Positions 1-12,579 of a DNA stretch of 64,000 bases are shown here, in pieces. The DNA comes from Octopus vulgaris (Eukaryota). Numbering within the stretch: the first letter of the stretch is position 1; each line of letters begins with the position of its first letter. The stretch lies in contig OX597826.1 of the NCBI GenBank assembly GCA_951406725.2, positions 19,530,001-19,594,000 on the forward strand. The letters run 5' to 3'. The notes under the pieces were generated by a model. That model was given only the letters and a program-made list of their open reading frames with translations. It was not told where the DNA came from and ran no database searches. The position numbers and the translations under genes are program-made.

Positions 1-216
1 ATGACCTGTGGCATTCACAGCCTTACATCACATCAATATATCAAGACCCATTTAACTAAAGTCACAATGGTGACCCACTGTGTTCAACCAGCACAATATC
101 GAATGCAACATTAGAAAGTGCAGCCAAACCAACAACCTTCCACATTGGTAACCAAGATGTGTAAACAAGCTGTTAACAATGATGACTTTCAGCAACCAGA
201 GAAAGGCCAACAACTA

Positions 217-1506
217 CGAGGGGCGTTCAATAAGTAATGCCCCTGACCCACTTCCCATAGCAGTAGAGCAACGAAAATTGGCACAGTTATTAGTCTTTTT
301 CTACATAGGAACCACCCAGAGTTACGCATTTCTCCCATTGCTTAATGCAGCTCTGGAGACCGTTTTTGTATAAGACCCCAGCTTGGTCCTCCAACCACGA
401 CGTGACTTCAGAAATCAAGGCTGCATCATCTGGGAAACGCTTTCCTTTCAAAAACAACTTCATGACTGGGAAGAGGTGAAAATTAGAGGGTGCAAGGTCA
501 GGAAAGTAGGGGGATGGGGGAGGAGTTCATAGCCATATGCCTGTGCTTCTGATCTGGTGACAAGCGAGTTTTGGACCGGAGCATTGTCCTGCAGGAGGAG
601 GATGCCTTTGCTGATCTTGCCCCGCCTCTTGATTTTGATAACTTCTCTTAATTTCCTCAAAAGTGAAGCATAATAGAATCCTGCAATTGTGGTACCCTTT
701 GCCAGGAAATCTGTCATCACTACTCCGTCCTGGTCCCAGAAGACTGTGAGCATGACCTTGCCAGCGGAGGGCTGCACCCTTGCCTTCTTTGGAGGGGGTG
801 AGTCATGGAGCTTCCACTGCATTGACTGGGCTTTGGTCTCTGGATCATAGTGATGGACCCAGGTTTCATCCTGTGTAATCAGTCTTTTGAAAAATTTTGA
901 CTCATCTTCTTGGCACATCTCCAAATTCACCCTCGAGCACTCGACGTGTTCTTGCTTCTGGAAAGGCGTGAGCAACCTGGGAATCCATCTGGCAGACACC
1001 TTTTGCATATGCAAATGGTCATGAATGATAGTTTCCACAGACCCAGTACTAATCTTGACCTCATGGGTTATTAGGCAAATAAATATGCGTCGATCTTCCA
1101 AAATGGCAGCCTCAACTTGACGGACAGATGCCTCATCAATGGCAGAAGGGGCGACCAGATCTGGGAGCTGTTTCCACAGAGTTCCGACCATGTTTGAATT
1201 CCCGATGCCAGCGTTTTACAAGGTCATATGATGGGGCATCATCACCATAAGTTACTTTCATTTCATCAAAAGTCTCCCGTGGTGTGCGTCCTTTCAAATA
1301 CAAAAACCGCATCACTGCTCGACACTCAACAGGCTCCATTTCACACTTGACTCGGTTCAAACACCTGTAAATCAGAAACCACAATTAATTCAGAGCTGTA
1401 ATTTACCACTTACTCTATAGAGATATAAATGATTGCACATGCAAAATTTCAGCTAGATCAAACAACTGCAAGTGGGTCAGAGGCATTACTTATTGAACGT
1501 CCCTCG
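217..1506 (-). mobile_element. Full-length mariner DNA transposon (1290 bp), transposase frameshifted
   Basis: 37-bp TIRs at 217-253 (CGAGGGGCGTTCAATAAGTAATGCCCCTGACCCACTT) and 1470-1506, 2 mismatches. TA dinucleotide on both flanks. Confidence 0.95.
290..1339 (-). pseudogene. Mariner DD34D-type transposase pseudogene
   Basis: MEPVECRAVMRFLYLKG N-terminus, WIPRLL (WVPHEL-like), ITQDETW, QDNAP, HPP..PDLAPSN, ends YVEKD*. Split over frames by frameshifts; the third catalytic D reads N. Confidence 0.9.
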
Positions 1507-2042
1507 TATATATTTTACATTGGTAATGCTGATGCTTAACTACATACGTTTCACTTTGCCAATGATGAAAAAAGCTCCTACATTGGATACTTCAGTGCTA
1601 GAAATAGCAGTTAGTACAAGTCACATTAGTGACCACAGATTATATCAACTCAACACTAATATCAACAACTGTTTTACACACATACTTTGCAGAAGAGTTT
1701 TGAAGAACATTTTCATTTTTTACATTCCATTTTGTTTTTGTTCAAAAGTAATTGTGCTCTAACCTACAAATGTCATTAATTCACAAGTACTGTGAAAGCT
1801 TTGCAGCAAGAGACACATCTAAGTTAATACATTTTTTTCCCAATAGATCTCACTTGGAGATACATTCATATGATGCATTCAATCCCTGTAAATGCACTGA
1901 TTTCCATAGATGCCACTTGCAGGAAATTCCATATGCTACATTTAGTACCAGCAAATACACTCATTTCCTGCACACCTCACTTGCAATCACATACATGCAT
2001 AGAAACATGGTGAAATTGTGTCCCACACTTCTGGGTGATATA

Positions 2043-2445
2043 CAAGGTGCATTCCAGAAGGTTTGAACCTATTTCAGGAGAGAGATTTATTAATTCCAAA
2101 GAAGTGCAAAACTCTAATCTACTTCAAAGCAGGATCCTCTGACTGCATTTGGTGTAGCATTTCAGCAACTTTGTGAAGGCCCCGTGAAAGCCCTTCATGG
2201 CCCCTATCACAGCCTCTTTCATCTTCTCATTCAATACTGGGGACAACCAAAAGTCACAGGAAGCAAGGTCTGGAATGCAGGGAGGATGTAGGACAGTTTT
2301 GATGCCCATCTCTGTCAAGTAGTCAGTTACCAGGATGGGACTGTGGCCTGATATATTGTCTTGGTGGAGGTGCTCCAGCTTTTTGTGGTGAAATCTCTTC
2401 CTGATCTCTCCTAAAAAAGTCTCAAAACTTTTGGAACACACCTTG
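2043..2445 (-). mobile_element. Internally deleted mariner (MITE-like, ~400 bp)
   Basis: Imperfect TIRs CAAGGTGCATTCCAGAAG / CTTTTGGAACACACCTTG with TA on both sides. Retains HQDN...HPPCIPDLASCDFWL. Confidence 0.85.
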
Positions 2446-2589
2446 TACACCATCTATGTACAGAGTGTATAAGATATTTGAGGACAGATTTATGTTTATA
2501 AAAAAAAAACAGATATATAATAACAGATAATAACTTTATTTATCAAAAAATGCTATGAGGATAAAAATAAACCTTCTTTTCTATAATGT

Positions 2590-2745
2590 TATTCAATAAA
2601 GCCATCTTCAGCTTCAACAACTGCTTTAAATCATCTACATGCTCAAGTGGTCCTGGTTCATTTTGGACATTATTCTGACTATAACAGCTTTCAAAGAATC
2701 TTTGATGTTATGGGCGTGTTCATTGACCTCTCTCTCAACAATGCT
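2590..2745 (-). mobile_element. Tc1/maT-like transposase C-terminal fragment
   Basis: Minus strand reads IVEREVNEHAHNIKDSLKAVI...AVVEAEDGFIE*, a typical Tc1/maT C-terminus. Confidence 0.65.
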
Positions 2746-3299
2746 GCATTTTACTCATAGATGTAAATAATGTGCACACACATATCTAAATACATGTTTG
2801 CCATATTCATTTAGCTCTCTCATATAAAAGGAATACTAACTATATTTCTCTGTGCTAATGCTTCTAGCCAGCTACTTTTATCTATATGACCTTGCTATGG
2901 TTATGTTGAATACATAAATAAATTTAAATGTCTTAGCACATTCCGTATCTCACAGTTTTCTTCAACACAAACAAAATACAAACCCCACACCGTTCTTTAA
3001 GTAAGGCATACATGATCTTTTACTCTCTCTCTCCTTTATTATACGTTTATCTTTTCAACACATTTTTGCACATGTTGAATCTAAATTAGAACAATATTTC
3101 TTTCACTTTAATTATTTACATTTTCACTTGCATTCTTTATGATCAATTCCTTGTTAATTAGTTTTTGCTGCGATTGTGTTAATTTTATTTACTTTTCCTC
3201 CCTAGCTCACTGGAAGGAGACCAATGTAGTGAAACCTAGAATCAAAGTATTACCGCTTTAGTGACTAAGATCAGACCACACTTAGATCAGGCCATCCTC

Positions 3300-4200
3300 T
3301 TCCTCCTCTTCATCGTCAATGTCCTTCAACATTCGTTTTCCATGCTAGCATGGATTGGACAGTTTGACCTGAGCTGGCAAGCAGGACTTGATTTGGTTTC
3401 TATGGCTGCATGCCCTTTACCATTTGTGCTGGCTGCTTTTAACGTGGCACTGGCATGAGTGCTTTCTACAGGGCACTGGCACAGGACTCTTATGGGCGAA
3501 TCCTCTTCACCAGGGGAGTGGCCTTAACACTTCCATTGTGGAGGATGGGTCTTCTTGAGTACAGCAAGGTGCCAGTTATCTCAGTCCTTTGTCACCTCTT
3601 CCATAAAGTTCAGTGTCCTAAGGTCATCCTTCAGCACTTCATCCCATGTCTTCCTGGGTCTCCCTCCTCCATGAGTTCCATCCATTATGAGTGATCAGCA
3701 CTTCTTTATGGAGCTGTCAGCATCCATCCACATCACATGACCAAACCAGCACAGTTTTCTCTCTTGCACACTCCACCTAAATCCTCTTATGCTTAACTTT
3801 TTTCTCAACACACTAGCACTCTGTTGCACATGTGCACTTACATTGCACATCCAATGGAGCATACTAGCCTCATTCCTCTCTAGCCTTAATATGCCTTCTG
3901 CATTCAGGGTCCACATCTCATTAGCATGTAGAATTGCTGTTCATACATCGTACAATCTTTCACTTGGAGAGGGAGAGAGGGAAATCTTTGGTTGCCAGCA
4001 GAAGTAAAAGCTCTCTGGATTTTCTCCATCCTATTCTTATTCTGGTGATTACACTTTCCATCCATCCTCCTCCAATACTAATTAGATCCCCTAGGTAGCA
4101 GAAATTATTCACAACCTCTAAAGAGCCTCCGGGACATTTAAGAAAATCAATTTCCCGAGTATCTGTAGGCTCCTGTGCATCTTCCACATATGAACGCTAC
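3300..4200 (-). mobile_element. RTE-clade LINE 3' fragment with tail
   Basis: LEVVNNFCYLGD...RIRIGWRK, WTLNAE...ERNEASMLHWMC, RKLCWFGHV. RTE-type 3' tail near 3300-3400. Confidence 0.85.
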
Positions 4201-4234
4201 TTTCTCTGATAACTTAAGAATTATTAGAGTGCAA

Positions 4235-5400
4235 ATGTTATGTTGACTGAATACCAAAGTAAGTATTCTCTGAGAGAGCACTAAAAAAAGGTATTCTATT
4301 ACAGAATGTGAAAAATATTCTGAGCATGTATGTTGACTGAATACTAATGGAATATTTTATGAATACTCAAACCCTAATGACTGAGTGCTGAAGTACACAA
4401 TATATGCATACAGAAATTATGCTAACACAGTATGAAATAGGAACTCAATGAGTACATGAATTATATCAAGGTGTGTAAACTATGTTTACAGTGAAATGAA
4501 ATATGCATACATTGAGCACGTGTCATATATTGGTATAGAAGTTATGCTAATTGAGCAATGCTGTATTAAATGAGTACATAATTCATGTTGACTGAGCTTT
4601 GACAATAAATATTCTGTGTTGAGTGGATGTTTACATATACTGCATTGATTGATCTGTTATTAATGTATTCTATGAAAGTAGTTATGCATTATTGCATGAT
4701 TTATATTAGAAGACTGGGATGTAGATATTTTTATTACATTTGTGGTGTTGCAAGACAGAAAAAAATCTGAGTATTCTATGAGTGCATATATCATACTGAG
4801 TATGTACTGAAGTAAATGCTGTGGGGGCCACTTAAGTTAAATCATCTGAGCACTGGTGTAAGCAAACAAGTTGGTTTAGTATTAAAAGGTAAGAAATATA
4901 TAATTTGGGGTCAAGAAGGTTATGTTCTCTGAACATTGAAGAAATTATTCAATGAGTAAATTATTGATACAGTATTAAAATAAGCATTGAATGAGTAAAT
5001 GTATTACATTAACTGAGCACTGAAGTAAATTTTCTCTGACTAAATAAAAGTCAACTTAACATTGTTGACTGAGCACCAAGTTAAATATTCGATGAGCACA
5101 TGAGCTACATTGACTGAGCATTGAGGTAAGCTTACAGTTCGAATATAGTTTATGTTTGTTGAACATTAAAGCAAGTATTGTGTGCATTCATGACTTATGT
5201 TTAATGAGTATTGATTTAAGTATAGATAGTTGCATAAGTTACATGCAACTAGTATTGATAATTACATGAGTTATATTGACTAATCATTGATGCCAGTATG
5301 TTATAACAATAAAAATTATGCTGACTCAGTACTGAAATATGTATTCTATCTGTTCTGAGTCAACATAATTTTGATAACTAAATACTGAAATAGTTCATCT
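4235..5400 (+). repeat. Degenerate 45-bp tandem repeat (ancient satellite), tract 1
   Basis: Motif ~TTATGTTGACTGAGCACTGAAGTAAGTATTCTATGAGTACATGAG. Homologous cores at 5067, 5112, 5157 and 5202 (period 45). Confidence 0.8.
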
Positions 5401-6884
5401 GTATGTAAGCAGTTAATCAGTGAGTATGTAAGATTTATCTCTCTTTCCTCTATTTTCTTCTCCTGCACTGAACTCTGAATTAGTCTGTAAAGAAAAATAA
5501 ACCTTCCTTGAATGTTTTCTAAACTATCTCTTCTTAAAATGTTTAGTTGAGTACTTGCCTAGTGTTATGTCACACTGATAATTCCAAACAAGGATGAAAT
5601 AGCACCATACTTGACTACCTATGACTAAAATGATATTTAAAACTCTTGTAATGAATAAAAAAAGGAATTAGATTCTGTGCATCTTCATTATTGCTAAATT
5701 CAAAATTCAAATTTCTGCCTTATTCAAGACTTATCTAGTGGTGATTACTTCCCTAACTACTACCAGAACTTCTACATGTTCAGTATACTGAGATAGTTTA
5801 TATAATATGCTATGTGTATTTGTATAGACAAATTGTTTTTTGAGTAACACTTAACTATTTAAAATTGTTGTAGTTGTTCCCTTTTATCTGATTTACCTTA
5901 TAAATTCCTCAACACAGGCTGGAGTTCTGTTTGTTCATTCTATTGTCTTCCTTGTCTCAAAATGCTCAGCAACCAATGTTTTTATACTCATAAATTCTCA
6001 TTGGTAAATCTAATCAAAATATATATAATAAGCTATAAGTCATCAATATATATTTAATATGCTTTATGTATTTGCATTGACATTTATTTCATCTTTAATT
6101 ATTCTCTTTCATATATTTCTTCATATTCAACTTAACTGAATTTGTATTTAACTTTAGCCTATTTGCTTATTACACACTACATGCATGAATTTTCTTGATT
6201 TAAGCAGAAAAAAAAAAGCAAAAATAATTTGAAATTACAGATTGAAAATTCAGGTGTGTTGGTGCCTTCTCATGCCTATAACAAGAAATGCTGTCCTTCA
6301 AGAACTTTTGCAGTGAACATGAATAATAATGCTTATTGCGTCCATTTGTAGCTTTTGCACAGACTCTGTCAGATATGTTGTAAATGCACAGATTTTACAT
6401 AAACTAAACCTGCTGTTGCTTGGAAACATTTAGAAAATGTTTGTAAGTAAATATTTTGGTAGTTTTGAATACATATATACACGTACAACATCTGGGAAAT
6501 TAAGGAGAACATTTATTGTAAAAAATAATATAATGTAGAATAACAAGTGAATCATCGACTGCAACATGCTGCACCTATTAAAAGTAATCAAACCTGTATA
6601 ATGTTTAGAGAGTGATAAGCATAATTTGCTTATTTTCCTGTTATTTTGGCATTTTTAATTACATCCTCAAACTCTCATTAGCAACTTTAATTATGTACAG
6701 TTTTCAACAATATCTCCAACTGGAAAAATCAAATACTCATACATACAAACCAAAATGTCATTATCACAAAGCTTAGTGAAACACTTGCCATCATTATCGA
6801 CACTTTGGATACTGAGGTATGTACATTATAAAATTTTAATGCTAAATGAAATGTGCTTCCATAGTATACATTATTTTTTTTACA

Positions 6885-7480
6885 GAGAATGAACTACATG
6901 CACTATGAGCATGTAAGCTGTATTGAGGGTGTATAGATATAAAAATTCTAAAGCTGTGAACAAAATATTCTGTGTATAATTATGTTAACTGAGCTCTGGA
7001 TAAGTATTCTGTGAGATTTGTTAACTGACTTTGAACAATATATTTAACAAGTACTAATCATGTTAAACTGAGAATTTAATGTTCAGATTGCTCAGTCAAC
7101 TCTAATGCTTATCAATTCACATTGTTTTAAAGTAATCATGCATAAGCTCATAGCTTTGAGCTTGCAATGATGTGATTGTTTATTCTTTTAAAATGACATT
7201 GTAGGGTAGGTGTGAGAGGCCAGATCTGACCAGTTTGAACATAAAGCATGTAGAATATTTGGGCTGGATATGAGGGCCAGTTTAAATGCTAAAGTTTTAA
7301 GTGTGTACTATTAATACCTAAATTATTTTGTCTGATTCACCAGCACATGAGTTATGCATAAGTTATGAAGTAGGTATCCTTTTAGTACATATGATCTACT
7401 AAATGAGCACAGAAGTAAGCATTCTATGAGTGAAAATGTTATGTTCGATAAGAACTGAAGTAATTAATGTATGAATAAAT
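6885..7480 (+). repeat. 45-bp satellite, tract 2 (interrupted by other DNA ~7080-7325)
   Basis: Same motif, e.g. TATGTTAACTGAGCTCTGGATAAGTATTCTGTGAG and GAGCACAGAAGTAAGCATTCTATGAGTG. Confidence 0.65.
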
Positions 7481-7853
7481 ATGTTGGCCTTCGGTTTGCA
7501 TGTTTCAACCAGGATCGCTGGAAAATTTTTTGCTGCTTTGGACAAGTGTTTTCCTAAATCTAGTTGGTATCATGCTATTTTTAATCGACACGCCATGAAG
7601 GCATCCTATGCCAACTCTGCTAATTTAGAGCAGCTTATGCATTGTATAAACAATAGCAAAATGCGGCAAAGATTCAATAACCCACCAACTGGATCTAGCA
7701 AACATTTGCATCTAAATACCAACCAAGGAGATGTAAACCGCATTGATAAACATCACCTCAACCAATTTGTAGTAGTAGTAATACTCGTGGTACAGCTAGC
7801 ATGATAACAATGCCGGTAAATGGAGTCAGGACTGCCTTATATACAAATAAAAA

Positions 7854-9240
7854 CCTGGAGGAGCAAGTCGATATCGTCCAGTGTTGTGGATCACTGGACA
7901 AATGGTCCTGTTAAATTGCTTGGAGTTTGGTTTGGACCGGACTCCCAAACAGAGAAGTATTGGAGCAAGGTGGCAGACAGGATGGAGGCCCTAGTCCGGA
8001 CAGGCTCTGTCCCTGAAAGGAAGGGCGGAGGTGGTACAGGTGTCTATTGCATCTGTAATCACCTACCGTCTAACCGTTGTCCCTTGCCCTGACTTGTGGC
8101 TAAACAAGTTGAAGCGCTTCCTCTTCTGCTTATTGTGGAAAAGAGGAAAGCCACTTGTGAGGCACTCCGGCTGCTGCCAGGAACCATTAAAGGGGGGGTT
8201 AGGGATGCCCTGGCTAATGATGCGCAGACATGCATTGAAACTGAGACAACTCTGGCGCTGCCTGGAGAGTGACAAGGTGTGGGATCCGCTGGCAGGGGAA
8301 TTCTTTCTGTGACCAGCCTCTTTGGAGAGATTCAAATCTGGTTTTATCAAAAGACGTAATCTGACAGAATGGCAAAAAGAGTGTCGACAGGCACTCATGC
8401 TAATCCACAAGACGGGCAAGGCCGGCAGTGGGAATACCACCTCGGTTTTGTATAAAGGGCTGGTAGAGTTTTAAAATGATGACGTCCTATAAGAGGGGCT
8501 TTGGGGTTCAACAAGAACCAACTTGCCAATCTGTTCCAAAAAACTTTCAGGCTGGGGTATTTGGATAATTACCAAAAATCCCTGACCTGGCAATGCTACA
8601 GGAACGCTTTACCTGTTTGCAATAAGTTATCCAGGCACAGAATGTCAGTGCCAATGGCATGTCCAAGATGTGGGCTGGACGATGAAATCATTCAGCATGC
8701 TTTTGTACAGAGCTGGAAGCTTTCAGGCTTGATAATTTATGTTGAACATGTGTTGTCACACCTAGGCAGAGTACAGCTATCAGCTGAGTTTATAATAAAA
8801 ACTGTGTCACCAACTGGACTCTTTAAGGAAGGTGAGGCATGTTTTCTCTGTTCAGTTGCAGAGTGTGTGTGGAAGACCAGATTGCAAGGTCTTGTGATGG
8901 GATCCTTCATCTCTGGCCCTGGTTTGTTGACATACTTCAGATATCATCTGAAGAGCAAGGTAGGGCTGGAGAGGAGATGCCTGTTGCAAGGCATGTTCAA
9001 GAATAGATGGAAGGCTGTGGTAAGAAAGGTGGGTGCAAGTGACCTTGCTTAATCCTCATGGGAAAAGGAAAAGGTATAGTCGCTGGGCTTTTCAGCCCAA
9101 CAGGTTTAATTCCCAAATAAACTCAAATTTAGTTATATATCATTCTATATTTTTAAAAACTAAGTATCATACGAACTAATAATAACCATAATTGTTTGTA
9201 TTGTCCCCTCTGTGTACGATATTAATTATCCTAATAAAAA
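7854..9240 (+). mobile_element. Tx1/L1-clade LINE 3' fragment
   Basis: VKLLGVWFG, KGGLGMP, CPRCGLDDEIIQHAF zinc-finger region, VWKTR. AATAAAAA on both flanks (7846-7853, 9233-9240) is a possible TSD. Confidence 0.85.
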
Positions 9241-9264
9241 ATTCATCTCCAGCAGACAAGGTGT

Positions 9265-9315
9265 CCAGTACTGAGGAGTGGCAGAAATAGCCTAAAACCA
9301 GGACTGGTCAACTGG
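9265..9315 (+). ncRNA. Hammerhead ribozyme motif (type I, G12 lost)
   Basis: Stem I CCAGT/ACTGG, core CTGAGGA, stem II GGC/GCC, TAAAA in place of CGAAA, stem III ACCAG-GA-CTGGT, GUC site. Confidence 0.7.
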
Positions 9316-9594
9316 TCCCATCACTAGGAGACAGTAAGGGTTCGCTCCTCTGCTCACAATTTTATTAGATGCAGCTGTGCATCGTTAACCAGGTAGATGA
9401 GACGTCCTCTTGGGAGGGGGGGGGGTTAAAAATCACAGGAGAGTCCACTCGAATGCACAGCCATGTTAAATGTGGCTCTGAATATTATTTCAAATAATAT
9501 ATAAAATATTCTATTGTATTGTTTTATGCTTTTTGTAGCTATATTCTTCCTCTACAACTTTAGCTTATCCTTTTATCTCTTTTTAAACATATGA

Positions 9595-10410
9595 CAATGG
9601 AGTTACCAAGTAGTAAAAAATGACGAGCATTTTTGACACCTGCTTCTGTTATTTCAATTAAGTTTCCCATGCTGCAAAGCCATTTGAGACATTTCTGCTG
9701 TGTATGGAGAAGGTGCTATTACTAAAAGAACTGCTTAGATATGGTTTACACACTTCAAGGAAGGATAATTTGAATTTCACACACTGAAGGAAAGAGACAA
9801 ATTCCAGTGCTCACCTATTGCTACCAGTTTGCTTGACACCAGATTGCTTATAGGCACAAGCGGATTTGTTTACAGCGTCATCACCAATGATAGAAAATGG
9901 TGTCAATACGAAGCAGAGGAAAGAATAGCTGAGTCTCAACAAGTGAACAACACCTCAAGTCAAGCCAGAGCTGCATCCAGCAAGAAAATAATCTGTATTT
10001 GATGGGATTAGAAAGGGCTAATCTACTATGAAATGTTTGAAAACAACCATACAATCAAAGTAGGGTTTTATGTTTAGCAAATGCACCAGCCCAATGGGGC
10101 TCCAGCTGAAATGACCTGACTGGTGACATGGTGTGCTTCTTCAGCACAATAACATTCCCCCTCACCCACATTGCTAATTTAAACCAAAACTGCTATTTAA
10201 GAGCTCAGTTGGAAAGTTTTACTGCACCCAGTATATTCTGCTGATATGGCACCTTCAGATTATCACCTTTTTCAATCACTCTCCAACAGTCTGTGAGGCA
10301 TTTTATTCAACAATGATGTGCAGCTGAAAACGTGACTCAATGAATTCTTCGAGTTGAGACCTGGTAGTTCTTCCATCAAGGCTAGTGAAACATTTGTAAT
10401 ATATAACTGA
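9595..10410 (+). mobile_element. Highly decayed mariner transposase
   Basis: AVYGEGAITKRTA, ITNDRKW, ELSWKVLLHPVYSADMAPSDYHLFQSLSNSL, with many stops. Confidence 0.85.
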
Positions 10411-10474
10411 CTGATTTGCTAAAGTTGCTGATGAAAAATAGGGATTAAAATAAATGGACGAAAAGTTAGATTTA

Positions 10475-11030
10475 AAAGAAGTATTCTATAAGTAAACAAG
10501 CTATGTTGGTTGCGTGGGAAGTAGGGACTGAGTGCAAACAAAGTATTCTAAGGGAAGAATTTATTTTGACTGAGAACATATGAGAATTCTATGAGTAAGC
10601 AATTCATGTTATATGAGTTGTACAAAATGTATCTAATGAATATATAACATTGAGTAAATACTGACTATATAAATTATACTGAGTGCTAACTAAATTCAGT
10701 ATTGTATGTGCTCTACCCTCTGATTTCTAACAAGATTTTTTTAATTATTACAATGGTTATGTTGATAGAGAATGAGTTAGTATTCTATGTGTACATCAGT
10801 TACTTTAAATGAGCTCTGAAGGAAATATTCTACGAACTTATATCTTATGTTATCTGAGTATTAATTAGTGTTGCCTAAGCACTGAAGGAAGTAATCTATA
10901 ATTACAAAGGCTATGTAGAGTGAGAGTAATTTATGTATACTGTGAATAAATAATATTGAAAGAGTCCCAAGGCATACATTCAAAATAAGTTATATTAATC
11001 AAATCTAAATTCATTATTCTATTAGTGAGT
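10475..11030 (+). repeat. 45-bp satellite, tract 3
   Basis: TATTCTA motif at 10781 and 10826 (period 45); recurrent ACTGAG/TATTCTATG. Confidence 0.7.
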
Positions 11031-11129
11031 GTAGGACAAAAGCCCCTCGGACAAAAACCCCTTAGTTAAAGTGTGAAAGTGGACAAAAGCCCCACAGTTA
11101 TATTTTTCGATTATTCTTTTATTCTTTTC

Positions 11130-11490
11130 ACCTTTTACTTGTTAGTCATTAGACTGAGGCCATGCTGGGGCACCACCTTGAAGAAGTTTTAGTTGAATGT
11201 ATCAACACCAGAATTCTTTTCATTTTTACTTGTTTCAGTCATTAGACTGCAGCCATGCTGGGGCACCACCTTGAATTTTTAGTTGAATGAAATGAACCCA
11301 GAATTTTTTTTAATGATTTTCAACCAGCACATGAAGTTAAGCCTAGAAGGTATCTCCACATGCTAGAAATAACAACCAAATCTCTTGAAATTTTTTTTAT
11401 AACCCCTCGTATTTTTTATTTTCTAAAACTTTTTTTTATTTTTTCAGTCATTTTACTGTAGCTATGCTGGGACACCAGCTTGAAGAATTT
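11130..11490 (-). repeat. Three SINE 3'-end fragments
   Basis: Repeated TTTTACTTGTTTCAGTCATTAGACTGCAGCCATGCTGGGGCACC, the same tail as in the full copies at 15425 and 43865. Confidence 0.75.
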
Positions 11491-11802
11491 TAGGTCACAG
11501 AAAAAACAGCATTTTAAAATATATATTTAAAGTCTTTTGTTTTCTTCTCTCAGCACTTACAGATTAATGAGAATAAGTTGACCTTTTGAACTTTCTCCAG
11601 CAGTTGAAGGCCTAACAGAATCATGATGCCAAAGGCTAGTCATTCAATGCTTCTTATCTTATGTTTCTACACATTTCTTGAAGTAAATGCTTTCCATTTT
11701 GTTAGAATTCAAACAATATATATGTTGAGTAGTAAAGAGTTTTTTTGTTGTTATTCTATTACTGATGTTTAGGTTGATTTATTTTCATTTTCAAACTTTA
11801 AA

Positions 11803-12182
11803 ATTATTCTTAAAAAATGAGGAAAATAATGAAACATGGAACATACCTATTTCTTTACTACCCACAAGGGGCTAAACACAGAGGGGACAAACAAGGACAG
11901 ACATAGATATTAAGTCGATTACATCGACCCCAGGACTGGCTTATTATCGACAGATGAAGTCGATCGTTGATCACGTAACGCAGACGAAATTATTTCGTCT
12001 GCTTACGTTTAGTTCGAGGTCGATGCTTTCATTTTGGTTAAATTAAGTACCAGTTCGCGGTCGATGTTCGACTTAAACTATGTCTGTCCTTGTTTGCCCT
12101 CTGTTTACTTTAAGATAGGTATGTTCAATTATTTTCCTCATTTTAAGAATAATGAGGAAAATAATGAAACATGGAACATACC
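11803..12182. repeat. Fold-back inverted duplication of a Nin/Deu-type SINE plus flank
   Basis: Palindrome centred at 11991 (GCAGACGAAAT-T-ATTTCGTCTGC), arms 11803-11990 and 11992-12153. 32-bp direct repeat at 11816-11847 and 12151-12182. Confidence 0.85.
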
Positions 12183-12324
12183 ATTGTGAGGGACATAGAT
12201 GTTTTGACACAATTTTCCAATTGAATATATTGTTCACTTAAAAATTGGGATTTGGAAAAAAAATTTTTTTTACAACCACGATTTCCATTTTTGTTTATGT
12301 GAAATTATAAAAAAAAGATTATGA

Positions 12325-12490
12325 ATTAATGAGCACAATTTATATTGACTGAGTATTGAAGTAAGTAATCTATGGTAGTATAAGTTATTTTGACTCAGCA
12401 TTTAAGTAAGTAGTCTACGGTTGCATCAATAATGTTGACTGAGCACAGTCATAAATGCACAATTAATTTAAGTTAGTTGAGCACTGAAAC
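12325..12490 (+). repeat. 45-bp satellite, tract 4
   Basis: GACT(G/C)AG at 12347, 12392 and 12437 (period 45). Confidence 0.8.
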
Positions 12491-12579
12491 ATCTAGGTGA
12501 CCCAGCAGTGGAGTAGGATGCTCTGAAAGTATAGTTGCTTGAATAAGAATCGACTGGAGAAAGGTCAGAGAATAAAAGG

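Larger units (their letters stand above)
7487..9460 (+). mobile_element. Penelope-like element remnant, interrupted by a LINE
   Basis: FGLHVSTRIAGKFFAALDKCFPKSSWYHAIFNRHAMKASY matches the PLE RT/GIY-YIG linker pattern (IFNRNTVKVSY). Continues after 9240 with a hammerhead motif. Confidence 0.75.
5874..11682 (+). pseudogene. Candidate decayed multi-exon gene (exon-like islands 5874-6003, 6254-6442, 6701-6816, 11554-11682)
   Basis: Each island has an AG acceptor and a GTAAAT/GTAAGT/GTATGT donor. Splice phases chain, but islands 2 and 4 contain stops or frameshifts. Product not recognised. Confidence 0.35.

Noticed and set aside
3205-3250. Hammerhead-like CTGGAAGGAGACCAATGTAGTGAAAC
   Set aside because: Core and stems are too degenerate to support a call.
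5413-5484. Minus-strand exon-like TNSEFSAGEENRGKRD (neuropeptide-like GKR)
   Set aside because: Short, runs into satellite DNA, and has no supporting upstream exon chain; likely chance.
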